Shown: positions 61,171 to 64,000 of the stretch, in pieces
Layout of the letters: each line of letters begins with the position of its first letter
How positions within the stretch are numbered: position 1 is the first letter of the stretch
Origin: Toensbergia leucococca
Taxonomy: Eukaryota
Assembly: GCA_022813965.1 (NCBI GenBank)
Contig: JALDZS010000124.1
Coordinates: 1-64,000, forward strand
DNA: 64,000 nt
Direction: 5' to 3'
The notes under the pieces: model-generated
Seen by the model: only the letters and a program-made list of their open reading frames with translations
The model's database searches: none
Told to the model about the DNA's origin: nothing
Made by a program: the position numbers and the translations under genes

Positions 61171-62580
61171 ATGTCAACGTCACCGGAAAGCTCGGATCAA
61201 GGCCATCCTCGCCAACATTCTGTCGTTGGTGGTTGCCCATTTGGGCATGATCAAACAAACCTTGATTGCCAATGTAAATGCGATAGATGCCTACCAAGCA
61301 CTCGAAAAAGGCCAGCAAGAATAACCCGTGAGATTCATGATGGTATTCACGGCATATTCCCACCAAGCAATTTCCCAGCTCCGCAAAGAGAGCGTGAGCG
61401 GGATCGAAGGAACTTCAACTTTGATAGTCTTCATGCATTGCAACAAGCCAGGCGCCCGTTCCGCGGTACCGATGGACATCCATTGACGACTTTGTTAAGT
61501 GGTTCACCAAATAATGTACGTACGTTATTTGTTCCGGAGTTAAAGGTCGAGTCACCCTCACCTGAGGACACGGACCGCGAAACATATGACAAATTTCCAA
61601 GAGATAAGGAGGCGATGTTACAGAGGTGAGTGTCTAGCTGATCTTTGAGAATATGAATCCATCATTCTAAGCACTTTCTCAGGCCATGCACGGAGATGAT
61701 ACCCTGGTTAACACCAGTCCAACAATGGACAGATGCGTGTGAGGATGATCCAGATAATGACTACACTGAACGAACTTGGCCGTGTAATGAATGGGACTGC
61801 AGACTTCCCGTTGATAGGGTTATTCCCCGTCGTACTACTCGTAAGCCGCCTAGAGAGTGCGGCGAGGATGAAGTCCATGGCGAATGGGACTCTGAAGATG
61901 AAGATGAAGAAGCTCCGGAAAGCTACCTCGAAGATGATCCGCCTGGTGACCCGGGGACAGATGACCGTCGCAGATATGTGTGCGAACAGCATTGGGAGGA
62001 CTCTAGAGAATTCTGGCAGGAAGAAAATCTTTTCAATGCCCATTTGGTGGGTAGCTGTAAAAGGTGTGAGACAGAACTTTCAAGAGAGAATCCACAAGGC
62101 CTGAATACCTGCACCTGCGCCAACCTCTTGACTCGACGTTGGCAATGCCGCCGCTGCTACTCCAGACACATTCGCGATATCCAGCGGTCCTTTCATTTTC
62201 GAGTTAATCCCCGTTACATTGGGGGTGCAGATACCGAAATGGTCAAAGGTCGAAAGTATCACATGGACGTTCCCGATCTCGATCCCGAAGTTGAAAGCCC
62301 TATTTCGTGGAAACAAATCAGAAAAATGTTGCGAAAACAGCACCCGTGTAGCAACCAATGCGGCAGAAAACGTATCAATCAGTTCAAGGTCATGCACTGC
62401 ACAGCATGTGGAGGGGTAGTGGTGCAGCCAAGACCGCCCCCGACAGTGGCAGCGACACGATCCAGGAGGAGAACGCAAGGAGCTCAGCTAATGGAGCTTG
62501 ATTCCCGAGGGAGAGCCCAGCCGCAAAGTCAAGGGGGAGCCCAAGCACAAGGACGAAGGGGAGCTAGATTGCGGAGATAG
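61171..62580 (+). CDS. Hypothetical Cys-rich, probably Zn-binding protein
   Basis: Intron 61626-61682 joins the two ORFs in frame. Multiple CxxC pairs (CKRC, CRRC, CTAC, CDRC) and a basic C-terminus. Confidence 0.7.
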
Positions 62581-63174
62581 AGCCATGGACTGTCAAGGGC
62601 GGAAAGTCGAATGTGAAAGAAGATCGACAGAGTTCAGTGATACTGGACGTCGACGAGAAGGCTAAAGGAATTCAAGTCGATGATGAGTCTTTGTTTGTTA
62701 TTTTGATTTGATTTTCTTTCTATCAATTTTGTTTTGAGTGTTCGAACTGCGTACAGTATCTGATTATCCCAAAAAAACACGAACACTTGACCAGAGCGAT
62801 TGTATTTCTTAGAAAACATGGGCGATTTTATTTTTATTACTTAGACGACAGATTTTCTGGATTTTCTAACATTTGCAACTTTCATGTTTAACCCGTAAAC
62901 AAAAAATACCGTCCACCATGACTTGACTTTCAATAGGATTTAATACTAGCCCTCTTTAGCTTCTGTATCTCTACACATACCACAGACTAAGCAATGCATA
63001 AGTTCTAGATCACTTGCACTTGCTCTATCCGTCCATCCGAGCTTTTCTACTGCCCTTAAATACCAGCTGGCCCCACTCCTTTGAATCTCTACCCCCCTGA
63101 AACTGAACCAAGAATTGCAGATCTGACCATCATATCACTCAAGAATTTACCATATATCTCATCATTCACTAAAA

Positions 63175-63690
63175 ATAGAATGAAACAGTGAGATGGGTCG
63201 AGTACTTGAGGCTTTGTGAAGCTCCTCGTCGCTGCTTCTTTTTGCTGTCGTTTTGTTGTGGACGCTGTTGGCGAACTAGCCACCATTCTTCTTTTCCTCT
63301 TCCCTCCTTTTCAATATCCCAGCCTCCCTCATCTCCCTCACCTCCATCACCTCCCTCACCTCCTTCACCTCCCTCACCTCCCTCACCTCCATTGCAAGAA
63401 ACGCCCCCTCCAAACTCTCAAGGGATCAAGAGATAATAAGAATGAGATGGGTTGAGTGCTTGATGCTTTGTGAAGCTCCTTGTCTCTCCTTTTTGTTGCG
63501 ACCGTTTTGTTGTGAATGTTTTGTTGCGACCGCTGTTATCAACCTAGTCACTCTTCATCTTCTTCTTCTTCTTCAATCTATCTTCCCTCCTTCCCTTCTT
63601 TCCCCTTTGCACAAGAACGCCACGATACCAACATCCTTCCTCGCGCGACTCGTGCACAAATCCTCTCATATAAACTCAAGAGGTCCGCTA
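63175..63690. repeat. Imperfect ~254-bp tandem duplication containing a 9-bp (cctcacctc) microrepeat
   Basis: tgagatgggtcgagtacttgaggctttgtgaagctcct (63189) versus tgagatgggttgagtgcttgatgctttgtgaagctcct (63443); microrepeat at about 63325-63390. Confidence 0.75.
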
Positions 63691-63942
63691 AAAGCGAGTG
63701 AGCGGAGAAGAATATTCATCAGAAGCGAGTGTGGCTGTCTTGAAGTTGTAGATATACATCTGTTGTTATTGGTGAAAATGTGTGTTGGCTCAAAGTCATA
63801 GAATCAAGATACCTGGCCCAGGCCCAAGCACTCGAGCCGCCTTAGGCCTCTGGGTATTTTGAGTTCAGGTCGCATGGCTCGGTCGTTTTTCTCTTGCGGG
63901 GATTTGTTGCAGGTTGAATGGATGCTTCTGGAGAGACTGAGA

Positions 63943-63968
63943 TTTTTTTTTTTTTTTTTTTTTTTTTT
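63943..63968. repeat. Poly(T) tract (26 nt)
   Basis: Direct observation. Confidence 0.9.
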
Positions 63969-64000
63969 GGATTCGTGTCGTTTTTCGGGCTAGTTAACTA

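Noticed and set aside
63175..63690. CRISPR-like repeat-spacer pattern
   Set aside because: Only two long diverged units in a eukaryotic genome, with no cas genes.

Overview
Eukaryotic DNA from a filamentous ascomycete (Pezizomycotina): short GT-AG introns with CTAAC/CTGAC branch sites, and fungal gene families. The left ~48 kb looks accessory. It holds a decayed NACHT/NLR gene, an F-box protein, and a DUF6594 membrane protein head-to-head with an unusual tandem-retropepsin/C2H2 zinc-finger fusion. It also holds a killer-toxin-type (subgroup C) GH18 chitinase with a long uncharacterised C-terminal extension head-to-head with a LysM protein, GPI cell-wall proteins, and a pogo-derived HTH gene facing a frameshifted 2OG-Fe(II) oxygenase-like gene. 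Several damaged genes and four AT-rich mutated repeat relics lie among these. The right ~14 kb is mostly conserved metabolism and housekeeping: phacA (CYP504A) with a fumarylacetoacetase, then TSC10 and SAS10/UTP3. The repeat relics appear to show TGG>TGA (CCA>TCA) and CpG transitions rather than canonical CpA RIP. No rRNA, tRNA or CRISPR features were recognised. All family assignments come from motif recognition by eye, and exon boundaries are manual predictions.
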